Assembly (NCBI GenBank): GCA_001949185.1
Contig: BDGG01000003.1
Location: 252,679 to 316,678 of the forward strand
DNA from: Ramazzottius varieornatus
Lineage: Eukaryota > Animalia > Tardigrada
DNA length: 64,000 nucleotides
Reading direction: 5' to 3'
This document shows, piece by piece, positions 50,501 to 62,923 of this stretch. Within the stretch, counting starts at the first letter, position 1. Each line of letters begins with the position of its first letter. The position numbers were made by a program, and so were the translations under genes. Under the pieces are notes generated by a model. It was not told the origin of the DNA. It saw only the letters and a list, made by a program, of their open reading frames with translations, and did not search any database.

Positions 50501-51637
50501 CCACACGAATTATACGGAAATTCGGCTCAGTTAAGCGTCTGCCGCTAAATCGATAAATATCTCAATTATTATGGTGATATGATTTTACTTGGTCATGTAT
50601 CGGATACCCGTAAAAAAACGTATTGATTGTCACACCATGCACGCTTACTACCCAATCGAGTGAAGAGAGGCTTTAGAGTAGTCTACAGCATACTGTAATT
50701 AGCCTCTATATGGGGAAAAACCTGGCACTCTTTTTCTTGATTGAAGGAAGCCGAAGATCGTTCGTCGTTTTCTCAACCGCAAATCCCCAACGATGTCCAG
50801 GCCAGCCAGACCGACACGCAAATCATCTCTCCGTCACAGTTCTTCAACGACTTCCCGCAGACCAGAAGCAACGCCGCTTCTATACCATCTCCCGACAAGC
50901 AGCCTCCACCAGGTGAAACCGAAGCTGCCCCGACACAACCCACAACTGACGCTCCTCCCAGCAACCCTGAACCACCTGCAGAACGACCTCCTCCCCCACC
51001 ACAATCCCCGCCGCCAGCCGAAGCCCAAAGAGCTCCGCCATCTTTCATGAACAGCAAACCTTCCTTCAGGAAGAAACCCATCCCTGTCGCTCCCTTTCCC
51101 TCACCACTGTCCTACCCAGTCCGCCCTCCGCTTAGGAAAACCCTCGAGTCACAAGCGCCACCACGGCGAGTGGCGCCACCGTTGAAGCCTCGTCAACAGA
51201 TCCAGGAGAACTACCCACCACCTCAGCTACCCGAACGACCACCAAGGCCCAACAGTGACACTGATACGAGAGACGATGCGATGGAGATGCCGCACGCTGA
51301 AGCCTTGCAAAGAGTCCCCAACTGGGCAGCCACGGAGACGGGAAATATGGAAGACAGAAGACAAGAGATACCAGCATCCGAAGACAGGCCGGCAAGGAGG
51401 CCGCAACAAAGGTGGGATGGAGGTAGACGGGCGGAGAAGCCGCGGAAAGGTTTGAAGTGTTCGCCGATCGGCGCTCGGGTGCCAAACCCTAAACAGCCAT
51501 GCAGTGGAAGTTTCTTGCTTTGTATAACCAATTATAAGATTATAGAATTGAGTTGTGCGAGAGGACAGGTTTATGATGGTACGCTGAATTACTGCATACC
51601 AGCGGCGGCAGCAGCACTTTCATGCAGAGCGCGATAG
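47558..51637 (+). CDS. Secreted GH18 chitinase with Cys-rich/CBM14-like modules and a long Pro-rich linker
   Basis: Signal peptide; VCYYESWAIYR, CTHLIYAFA, LLAVGGWN, intact catalytic FQGLDVDWEYP, DFVNIMTYDY, KLILGIPTYG, GGAMIWSLATDDF. CBM14-like Cys patterns at about 50100-50225 and 51455-51600. Confidence 0.93.
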
Positions 51638-51895
51638 GCCTTCCACCAAACAGTTTGTCATCGGTTTAGAAATGTGCAATAATGTTGAAGACGGCTTGAC
51701 TTTGTCCCTTTTTCACACCCGACTTGCTCACTTTGGACTGAAAGTTGGATTTTAAAGTTTTTTTGTCCAGTCAGTCGTTGGTGCTGTTTGCAACAACTTC
51801 GACTTCTTCAAGAAATTTAGAGTACGAATCTGCGTTGAAATACACTGAGCGGAGTCGACCATTAGCTTGACAAATTCCATCATAAAATTCTCCAA

Positions 51896-54526
51896 TCATA
51901 TCCAAACAGGGTTGCCGCCATTTCTGTTTCCCAGGGAGAACATGGACTTTTTGGAGCCGTAGCTACGCCGGACTATCCGACGGTCGAGGACCGGTGTAAC
52001 GGAGGTATGGCGTATGCGGTTAGGACTAGCGCTGGCACTTCGTACTTGCAGTCTGTGGTCCGGCGCGTACGTACCGTGGCCGTTCTGGTTGATGACGTCC
52101 CATTGTAACTGCGGTGCCGACATGTTTGAGTAGCGTCGTTGCGCCTTCATCGGCTTCTTCTTTGCCAGATATTCGAACTTGAGGTCGTTGACGCGCCTTG
52201 ACCGGTGGTAGCTCAGGAATATCTCGCACATTGCCGACGCCTGCCAGAATACAGAAAAATATCGGTCCACATGGATGACGTGTTGCTGCATGACAGACGG
52301 ACTCAAGCCGGGCGGTATTCCGCTTCCAACCAGTTCTTTTCTGCGTTATTTACCCTTAGCTGATCTAGTTGACTTTACCCCTAAAACGACCGCATAGCTG
52401 TCCAGAAAGGCACTGCAGGAGCCTCTTCTGTAGATATAGGCTTACGCGACACAGTGATCCCACCTACCAGTCCAAGAAGGCCCAGGCTGGATCCCACGTG
52501 AAGAATGAAGTGTACCGTGGAGAACTTGCCGGCTTTACCGGCCACAAGGAAGACGAAACGAATGCCCCAGTATTTGGCAAGGTCGCGGTGGAATGTGCCG
52601 TTCTGGTCATAGTAGTAGTAGGCTGTCCTACCGCCACAAAGAGCATGGAGCCAGATAAGTGGACACACGTGGCCGAATCAATTCTCTAGAGGAAGTGAGG
52701 AGACCAACCGAAAGTTCCATCCTTTGGCTATCTTGTCGTCCTCGCTATCAAGCCGTCGGAAAAAATACCGTGGCAAGCAGGCCTCGACCCCGTAATCCAA
52801 GTCGCAGTTCCAGTCAATGTGAAAGCCAATTATGCCGCCCTGGGGAGCAACAACAGACCTTCAGCTCAAAAATGAACGGTTTCAGTAAACTTGATGAAAA
52901 TGAAGATTTATAGCAGTCTAGATATATAGTATTCCCTCGAAAGTTTCGCGCAGTTACATGACAGGTCCATAAATTAGGCCCCGAGTGGTCACGGTTCAGT
53001 CAGCAAGCGTCGAGGATTATTTTATGGTCCTGTCATGTGACAGAAATTTCGAATACAGTATATGTATGCTTTACTTTGACGGCCATTCTCTCAAAACTGT
53101 CGTTGGTATAGTGTACGATGTCTTCCAGCCTGAAGATGGGACACAGCGGTTCGTTTTCCGGGTGGTAGCGACAGTTTTGAAGGTACTCTTGACTAAACCT
53201 GTCCAGAATATTCCGCCTACGAAAAGAACTTGCTCAATTGTGGAAGAAGCAATAAACACACAAAAAGTATTGGAAAGGAAAGTGGTCACAAGTATCACCG
53301 TTTGATATTGAACTTGGGAAAAGCGATGTGGTTCTTTACCAATACAGTTCCCGTGTGATGGCCACTGAGTACCGCTGTCCTGTATAATTATAATGACTCC
53401 GTAACATAACCCAGAGTCGTGATCTGTCAAGGGACTCAAGTTCGAATTATTTCCCGCAACATAGCAGAGCACATACGCGGGTGCCACGTCTATTTCGGTC
53501 GGACACCAGCCGCTGATCTCACAGGTTCTCGTCTGCTGGTTACAGCGACCCGTCTTGAAGCCATTGCCTTCTGGCGAGTAGGTCCCGCCTGGGCACTGCC
53601 TGTCAGAAACACAGGCTGTCCTCGGTCCGCCACCTATACTGTCCTACAGCAAATTAACGAGACTCGTTAGTAGGCTATTGGATAAAATTTTAAAATGTCG
53701 TAATGAAGTGCCAATGGCCGTTTCTGCATTCTGTCAGTACGGTGATTACAGTCGGAGGCATTCGTCCGCACTACGTATCATTCCAGTATAAAAATAGCGA
53801 TGAGAAGTGAATGTGATTTATTTCATGAGCTACTGACTTCGGAGCAGATTCCTTGAGTCTGGCCACGAAGAAACCACATATTGGTCGCCACGAAGAATGC
53901 ATTGCTTTCCTTCGAGAAAAAGTCCACGTAAGCTACGCTGCAATCACATATACAAGGAGGATTCGTAATTGAAGAGTACAATACTTGGGGAGGAATGACA
54001 AAGTCCGTGCTGTCCCACAAGCTGATTTTGCCGCTGTTGTTGAAACGTATGGCTCCCTTGACTTTGGTCACGACGCTACTGTTGACTTCATCAAAGTCCT
54101 GGTAGCTCTTGGAGTAAATGAAGACATATCTGCCAGACAAGAAACGTCAAGTCTGTGGTGGATGTACATGGCATTTGTTGACAGGTGTGCCAAGATGGGA
54201 TCGTATTGCAATCAACAAACGCGACCCGCGCTGGACGTGACAGCCGTAAGGAAAATCTGTATGTGCGAGTCTCGACAGTATCGCACTAGTAAATCTCTGA
54301 AGGCTGACAGGTTACAGCCGTCAATCCAATAAGGGCGAAAGCACGCGTTGTCAGACGAGGAAGTTTTATTTAAATTATTCACCTTACCCCAACACATAAG
54401 TTAATATTCCCAGTTGGAAGATGCGGAAAAGTATTCCGAGCCATCTGCTTCGAACAACCACCACTCGCGGCGTTTCGTACCTAGAAGAATAACCAGTGTG
54501 TCAACAAAGACTTACGTATTCGTCAT
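51896..54526 (-). CDS. P2X purinergic receptor (ATP-gated cation channel)
   Basis: YETPR N-terminal motif; SSVVTKVKG; DFVIPPQ..ESNAFFVATN; RCVPS; RTAYYY..RDLAKYWGIRFVFLVAGKAGKFS; TM2 LHVGSSLGLLGLVGG; KFEY. Confidence 0.92.
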
Positions 54527-56194
54527 CCAGCGAAACAAGAAAAAGAGAAGTGCCGTAGAAGATTTTCCCCGTGCTTACAAGATCGAAGCAAAAAGCACGA
54601 GTGTCTTACGTATTTAGCAGGAGGTTTATCACTAGTTCCACTTGCAACTTGCAGCAGAAACGAAAACTCCAAACTAATTTAAATTCTTCTTTCCACTTAC
54701 TCGAAGAGAAAGTCAGCTACTGGCCGGCAGCAGCTGGATCTCCAGACCGGTCTCTTCCTGTTATTCATCCTAGTTCACCGGGACTTTCGGGCACCGACGA
54801 CGAACTAACTTTGGATCGACCGATCTCACAACGGACTACTGCAGTTATCAATCAAGGACAAGTACTTCTTTTTGTTTACTGAATTCCTGGCACATAATGG
54901 AATAAAGAGCCGGAAGGGCAGAAGAAATGCGAGTTCCGGCACGGATCGTTTCTGCGTGAGAAAGAGGTTCGCGGTATCGAACTTCGCGATTCCAACTGAT
55001 GCGTGGAAAGACAGTAGCAATTGAGTTTCCTAATAAAGTCCCGCCAGCAGCTGCATGCATGCCGGTTCGTCAATGTGTCTTCGACGATCAAGTTACTTGG
55101 CCTGTATCTTCGATTTGCCGCTGCTTGGTCCGACTACGAAGGCGGATGCACGACAGTTATGTAAAGTTAGCGGCCTTGATCTTCAAAAGTCCTTCTCTAC
55201 AACCAGCATCGCCTGATCTTACTATCCAAACCAGTTAATTGAGACTTCCGGCATTCTCTCTGGCAAATTGCATCTTGCTAAATATTTTGAGTCGTATGTC
55301 TGTACTGCAAAAGTATCGGCTTACGGCTTTACACTCTAGATTTACAGTAGAGCTACTGGGTACGACGGAAGCATCCATCCGAAGAGACAACAAGACGTCA
55401 CAGCGGTACACTCCCAAACGACCTCTCAAGTAACAAGCCAGCTGACGCCCACTTTCGACCGGGCATTCCAAGTTAGTATCAGACTGTTCGAGTTGACGTC
55501 TGTTTAGAATATGTTCGAAAAATCCGCATGTTTTATATCTAAGCTTTGTCCTCAGAAAATTTTTCCGCATTTTGGGAAGCTTCAAGATACGTGAAGGACA
55601 ACCACGCTGTGTAGTTTGGAAACGCACTTAATTGATTTTCCGGTAGTCTGAATCCTCAGCGTAGTACTTCGACTCCTACAGCGAGCGCTTTACACGTGAA
55701 AGTACTTAACCCTCCAATCATGCAGCGATCAAACTGTAGTAAGCTCCAGTTAAGCTTCAAAAGGTACAAACAGACCGATTCGAAAAACAAATAAACCACC
55801 ATTGTTGGCCCGAAGAATGCACGGAAAAAGACCGACAAATCGCGGTATGGTCCAACAATAGCAAAGCACTTTCCAGCCTTGATTACCATTCCATGTACCC
55901 CCAATACAACACCTCACCTCGCTCCGCCATTTCACACATACCGCTCCAAATTTTCGATCGGAAAGTCACTCTACTCGACACTAGGCTTTTCCATCGTTGA
56001 ATGACAAAAATCACTACTGGGGGAAATATTCTTCGTTACAAAAAAATGTTTTGACGTTGGAACGTACTTGGATCGAAGAAGGCGCGTCACCATCCCTCCT
56101 CGTTTGAATGCCCTGGTCGTGTTTCCTCTCCTGTCGCGCCGCCTTCGATCTTCGATTCCGTCCCGGGTCTCTCTCCATCCGCGGAAGTCTGGCC

Positions 56195-58511
56195 ATGGAC
56201 CCGCCAAAGCGTCGTCGTTCTTCGGTGACGGTGGTCACTGCACCGCGCACTCCTCGTCGTGCTGTTCCCTACAGAGCACCCTATGCAAAATGGTCCGACA
56301 TCCCGTTGCGTACTGTGCCTGAGAGCCCAGCACCTGATCTCGAGAGGCGCGGCGACTTTGACACCTTGTCGGTCAAGTCTTCGGATTCTTCGGGGGAAAG
56401 CATGGCCGAGATCAAGCCTTCTATCCTGAAACGCAACGCTAGGGAGATGACCAAAGGCGAGCGAGCGCGCAAGGGCTCCATCTTCTCCATTGTCGACGTC
56501 AAGACGCTGCCGAAGAGGTATCCGCAACAAAGCCTGACGTGGCGGGGAAAGTTGGCCAGAAAGTTCCGCATCGAGAACGAGCTGGCCAGACATACCTTGG
56601 CGGAGTTCTTCGCCACATTTTATTTTATGGTACGTATGGTCGTTGCAGAAATCGTTGAATGCGTGATGTTTTTTCAAGAGAATTGCTAAAGTATTGGGTT
56701 ACGGTTTTCTGCGAGAGGTTTCTGCAATTATTATTAGTATTGTAGAGAGGTTTCTACAATGTTTAAATAGGTTACGTGATCAACTGGACAAGACACTGGG
56801 AACTGCCATATTTATGAATGGTACTTGACGCCAAGGCGAAAAGAGCAATTGAGAACAGGGCGGTTCTTTTGAAGGTCTCTGCAGTATCCAATGCTTTGAT
56901 AGAATGCAACCCAATGAATTGTTCAGGGCCGACAAAACAATCACAAATATTTTCCATATCTCAAGAAAACATCAGTATTGCAAGGCTACAAAGCTGAGCG
57001 GTCACTGTGTAGGTAGTTCTTGATACTGCTGATCGCATAGCATCCAAGCATTTCCTCGATCCGAGCAATACATTTCACCAAACGAACGTTCTAAAATCGT
57101 TATTCTGTTCGAAACTTGTTATTCCGGAAATAAAAAGTAAAGCGGCATTTGGTAAATTTCTAAGAGCGTTTCCCAGTAGACATTGTCCCGGAAACTGAAA
57201 TCCAATTAGAGCCTTGTGGCAAATTACCAACTGTTCGAATTTCGTGCAGCCAATTTTTCTACAACCTATCACGAAAGTTAATTAATGACTGACTTCTCGG
57301 GGTTCTCTTTGCAGACGTTTTACCATGCTCTTGCAGCGTCGCAAACCTTTGCCGGACTTCAAAAGTATTACTTCATGACATGCATCAGCAAAGGTTTCTC
57401 GGTAGCCTTCGGTATCTTCGTAGCCGGTGGCGTGTCCGGCGGACTCATGAACCCCGCCATCAACGTAGCCTTTTCCGTAATCGGCAAACTCAGCTGGACC
57501 CACTCCTTCTTCTACTCCGTTGCACAATACCTGGGAGCTTTCTGCGCATCCGCATTGTTCTTTGGGGTCTACTGGGGTAATCAAAAGACTGAGCCTTAAT
57601 TCCTTAGTCCCCAGTCATATCTAGGACACAAATCGGCTTAGGCGTTCCACTGAGTTTCTGGCCAAGTAGTCCTACATTCGATTCGAGCTATTTTCTGCGA
57701 TGGCTGCTATTGCCATTTGCTGATTCGAGCTCTACAGTATCAGCAAGTTGAATGAGTTAAACAAGCTTGCTGTATTCAAATCCAACCAGATACCAATTAC
57801 TTACAATCCAAAGTTTTTCCCACAGAGCCGCTGAATAAATTCGATGGTGGAATACGTCAAGTCTTCGGACCGAACGGTAGTGCGGAGTTCTTCACGCTCT
57901 TTCCCGGTTCCCACCGATCTATGGGCGGTGCCTTTCTTCACGAAGTAACCTGTTCGGCCTTTGCCTTGATTGGTATATTGGCTATCACCGACGACCGTAA
58001 CTGGAAGCCTGAGAAAGGCATCCTACCGTTCGCTCTGGGGATGCTGGTGGCAACCTTGCTGCTAGCCTTCGGCGTAAACGAAACGGCGGCTATGAATCCA
58101 GCGAGGGACTTTGCGCCAAGGATCTTCTTGCTCATTGCTGGGTACCCGAAAGAAGTCATCAGGTGACCCTACACAAAAGTCTGTGTCAAAAGTAATGCCG
58201 GCAAACGAAGCACGCATGATCGCCCTTTGAAGTGGCGCACGCTTCCGGCTAATAACAAAGGAAAAGTGCGTCGCTCAAAGTAACGATCTTGTACATTTCG
58301 TTTGCCGACCTTTCTAAATTTAAAATTTTACGAGCAACCATGGTTCTGACATTTCTGCTTTAGTTTTTGGAATTACGGGTTTTTCTGGATACCCATCGTC
58401 GGTTCGCATCTCGGGTCTATCGTTGGCGCACTCGTGTACACGGTGATGATTGCGCTCCATCACCCACCTTCCAAAGACGACGGAACACCCATCTTCCCGG
58501 ATACCGAGTAG
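56195..58511 (+). CDS. Aquaglyceroporin (MIP family) with long N-terminal cytosolic tail
   Basis: LARHTLAEFFATF; GGVSGGLMNPA; AQYLGAF; FDGGIRQV; AMNPARDFAPR (NPARD indicates the glyceroporin class); FFWIPIVGSHLG. Confidence 0.93.
58197..58309. repeat. Palindromic element with full arms in the last aquaporin intron (core 58230-58276)
   Basis: GCCGGCAAACGAA..GATCG..AAGTGGCGCAC-25-GTGCGTCGCTC..AACGATCTT..TTCGTTTGCCGAC. Confidence 0.88.
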
Positions 58512-58993
58512 CAGTCTTGGGGAAGGGCATTGTGCATTAAGCAGATTAAGTTAGTTTTGAAGATACCGCCACCGGTCCCAAGGTTCCTTATATGAACTCG
58601 CGGTTTGATCTGTCCTCGTCACTCGTACTGATCGCACCTGTATGCTATCTCTGATACATTCCTGCCGATCGTTCTGCTTTCCATCTTCTTGTTTGATCAA
58701 ACTATAAAATATTGTTTTTTGTCTCTGGTAAAGAAAAGCATGAGCCGTTTATAAAAGCGGTGAGGAAACAGCGAGCAGGTCGTTGTGAAACAAGGCAAAG
58801 CGGAATTAAACAACGGTGCCGTCCCCTCCGGGCCGGTTCCGAGAACATGGTAGTCTTGTGGCAAACTCGAAACGCAGACTCTCAATCAAAATCAACAAAG
58901 TTCGCATATTCGAAGTTTCTTCGGAGGAATGTCTCTTACCTCTACTCCGCTTTTATTTTGGTGTCCGCGTTGCAGGTAGCTCATTCCACAAGG

Positions 58994-61092
58994 ATGAAAG
59001 CCATTGCCAATCTCTGCTACCAACAACGACGACCTCTTGTTCGACTAGGACAGCACTCAGCGACATGGAAGGAGCGACGTCGGATGACGACGCATCTTCG
59101 GAGAGATCAGCTGACTGGCGCACAGATCCGCTCGGCTTTCCTCGACTTCTTCCGTTCCCGAGACCACGTTATTGTCCCATCCAGTACGGTAGTGCCGAAA
59201 GATGACCAGAGTCTATTATTTGTCAATGCTGGCATGAATCAGTTCAAGGATATCCTCTTGGGCAAGCGACAACCGGAGCACACGCGCATCGCGAACTCGC
59301 AGAAATGCATCCGCGCTGGTGGTAAGCACAACGACCTGGATGAAGTTGGGCACGACGGGAGGCACCATACTTACTTCGAAATGCTCGGTAAATATTCCTC
59401 TGCAACCTGGTCGAGTTGACTCCAAATGGTCTGCAGGGAAATGTATCGAATGTCGCAAAGGAAACCCCAAAAAAATATCGATGTGTTCATGGTCCAAATC
59501 AACAATCAAATGTCGCTGTGACGTTGTGGCTTAAGCACGTGACACTTGGTACTGGATTCGGTAGTCACGTGCTGCCAGTATTTACATATGGGACGGCTAA
59601 TTGGCTGACAGCTTGATTGAGAGAAAAGTACTGGCCAGTGGTCACTTCCTGGAAGTTGGGCTCCGGTTGAATTTACGTAAGCTTGATTGAGGTATCCTTT
59701 CTCTTTATGATTCTATTTTGATGGAGGCAATTTTTTGCGACTGTTCGCGATCAAATATTTTTCCGTCTTTCGTAGGTAATTGGTCGTTCGCGGATTACTT
59801 CCAGAAGGATGCTTGCAGGTTAGCTTACGACCTTCTCGTCGATGTCTACGGCCTTCCACCTGATCGCCTCTTGATGACATACTTCGGTGGAGACCCCGAG
59901 CTGGGCCTCGGTCCCGACTTTGAATGCCGGGAGATATGGCGGCAGATCGGAGTACCCGAAGCCCACATCATTCCTCTGGGTATGGAAGACAACTTCTGGG
60001 CCATGGGGGAGGAAGGACCGTGTGGACCATGTACCGAAATCCATTACTCGCCCAGTGGGAAGTCCGAAGACATGCTGGAACTGTGGAATCTCGTGTTCAT
60101 GCAGTACAACCGGAAGCGGCAAGGGTTGCTGGAGCCGTTGAAAGACAAGCATGTCGATACTGGCATGGGTCTTGAAAGAGTGGTGGCAGTCCTACAAGGA
60201 AAGAAGTCCAACTATGACACTGACTTGTTCACACCGGTACTCAGTCAAATCCAGCAGGTAAAACGAGTTCCATCCAGTCGCCGTAACATCTGTAAATTCC
60301 AAGTAGGCAAACTTTGCAGTACAAGCTGCGCACAGTATAGCTTGCGAGGGCGGCAGCACTGCGCGGGTTAAGCGGGAACGGACCAGCCCCTCTAAAGTGG
60401 CGCACACACAACGGGAAACAGCGGTCAAAGTGCGCCGCTTGAATTCGACTAGTTCCGTGTTGTTTGAAATGAGATACACTGTTTTCATTTTCGGGTGATA
60501 TGATATTCTGAGGAATGGTCTATGGTTTTAGTTGACCAAAGCTCCCTTTTACGAGGCGAAGTGGGGCCAAGAGGATCACCAAGGTCTCAACACCTCCTAC
60601 CGAATCATTGCCGACCACATTCGAATGTTGACGGTGGCCTTGGCTGACGGCGTGGTTCCAGCTGACCGCGGAGCGCCGTTCGTCTTAAGGAAGGTTCTTC
60701 GAAGATCCGTCATTATTCTTCAGAACAAGTTCAACTGTGATCCCCTCGCACTGGTCGACCTCGTCGACACGGTGGTGGAGAGCCTGGGCGAAGCCTATCC
60801 GGAAGTTGCTTCTGGGCAAGAAGCCATCAAGAAGACCATCTCCGAAGAAGTTTTGAAGTACAAGAGAACTCTGGAAAAGGGCAACAAGATCTTTTCTGAT
60901 GTGTGGAAGAAACTCGAGAATAAAATGGTTTTACCTGCTGATCGAATGTTTTCTCTGTACATGCATTTTGGTGTGCCCGAAGAGCTGATTATTATGATGG
61001 CGAAGAACCGAAATATGACGTGTGATTTAAAAGGCTTTTATGTGTTGTTGGATAATGAGAGGGAAAAGTCGAGAAAAGCCAGGAAGGGCTGA
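58994..61092 (+). CDS. Alanyl-tRNA synthetase, probably mitochondrial; aminoacylation and tRNA-recognition domains only (about 478 aa, 3 exons)
   Basis: Basic presequence; [45 protein letters not shown]|[43 protein letters not shown]. Exons 58994-59387, 59776-60257, 60532-61092 splice in frame. Confidence 0.92.
60395..60440. repeat. Palindromic element in AlaRS intron 2
   Basis: AAGTGGCGCAC-24-GTGCGCCGCTT. Confidence 0.8.
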
Positions 61093-62886
61093 AATAAAGT
61101 TGGGGCCGAAAGTTACGTTCGGAGGGATCGGCTTGTGTGGAAACGAACTGAAGCTAGAAGATATTGCTATGCTGTTATCAAAATGCCCTAAAGTGCGTCA
61201 GAGTTTTTCCGTTTCGTACGTATTTTACAGCAGTGTACCGTTCAGACGATCTTAGTTACTTGTGGAGCTGAGGTTGAGGTGGGTAGTTGAACACCCGACC
61301 GCGGTCCTCCTCCTCCTCCGACGATGAGTAAGAGCAAGGATGTAAAGGGGCAAGAAACGCTTTGGCTGCATTAAGGGAGCGTTTGCGAGGCTGAAGGTTC
61401 AAAATCGAAATTCATTTCCCAATATTATCAACGGGAAGAGGCTCAGAGCTAGTGGGAACCGTACCTAGGTCAACTGCAGGAACCATGTTTGGCTCGAAGA
61501 ACCTACGGTCTAGTTTTAGCCACTGTAGGTGTTGACGTCCGGTGGACTCTTCGAGCCACCATACTATCAATATATAGCCAACTGAAGGTACCCGTATGCA
61601 TAAAGTCCGGTATCCCTGATTCCGCCACAACGAAAAAGGGACGGACGGTCGACTAAATCAGCACAAACATATTTCAAGACTTGCAAGCCGTTAGGAACTG
61701 AGACGCCCATCTGAAATAATATTATGTCACACGGGCACCTGCCGCGGACCGTTCACGCCACCTGCAGAGATCCATTTGGGGAACTTCGACTAGCGGCGAT
61801 TGCTTCCTCTGAGAGATCCAGGGAAGGCAGAGAGATGAAATACGGCTGGTTCGGTGCGTTGATCTGAAAACTAATTATCTTTCTTCCTGTCAATCAGACA
61901 GGTAAAAGGATATTACAATAGTTAGCGATATCGCTGTCATTCCTGTGCGGCCTCCCGCTGGTAAGTGGGGAAACCGTACACTTAAGTCTGTCCTCGACTT
62001 CCCTCCACGGAATATTTGTCTTGAGCACCTTTTGTTGCGTTGAAGAGGGGGAGAGAGTTGGGATTAATTAAGGGTTTAATGCACAAGACAACAGGGTCAG
62101 AAGGGATTATTTTTCTCATTGTTGTGCCCAGATGAAATTATTCTTCTGATCTTCCGCTTCGGCTTGACCAGCACGAATCAAGACTAAGCACAAACAGTCC
62201 TCTCGATCCTCGCCTTCTGGATCAAGGACACGTCTCAGCGCGAGAGAGCTCTCACTAGTCCGTAAATTCACCGTACCAGACCACAAAAATTAAACTTCAT
62301 GACATTGTGGTCTTGACTGTACAGTACTTATCGTCACAAAGCGATCGAAAAACCGCGTTTTTCTGGATTTCGATTTTCGGTTCTTCTCTCAAACTGATTT
62401 TTCTCGAATTCGATCGAGAAATCTGAGGAATTGCAGTCTCAAAGTAGAACTGGAATGACGATACCGGTGTGGGTCAGAAAACTATTGCACTGTTTCGTCC
62501 AATTTTGTTTTCGCTAGGCCGCGCATTGGCGCGCAACAGTGAAAATCGGCACGTACGGTTGGGGTGATACAGGCCATATTTTGCACTGATAACCACGGAA
62601 TGTGATATTTGTGGATATTGATAGGCGTCTGTGGGTTGCCTTTTTCAACATAACGCTATCCGTTCGGTAAACACTTCTGCGCCGAGCCAGTCTTTATCTT
62701 CTTGTCCTTCTCCAGTTTCCCCGCCGTGCATTCTGTACCCCGACGCACAGTTCAGACAGTTTCTACACATAAATAAATATTCCAGCTCTCGCATTTTGTA
62801 TTCATCACCCGTATACCCAACTGTCCCTTTGCCGTAAGCCCATAAAGCGACGATAGATTACCGCACAAAGGCATTTGTATTCCTCA

Positions 62887-62923
62887 ACCGACCGACCGAC
62901 CGACCGACCGACCGACCGACCGA
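62887..62923. repeat. (ACCG)n tetranucleotide microsatellite, about 9 units
   Basis: accgaccgaccgac... read directly. Confidence 0.95.

Noticed and set aside
2696-60440. CRISPR-like interpretation of the repeat/spacer pattern
   Set aside because: Repeats are inverted rather than direct, dispersed in introns, spacers are homologous to each other, and no cas genes are present in this eukaryotic context.
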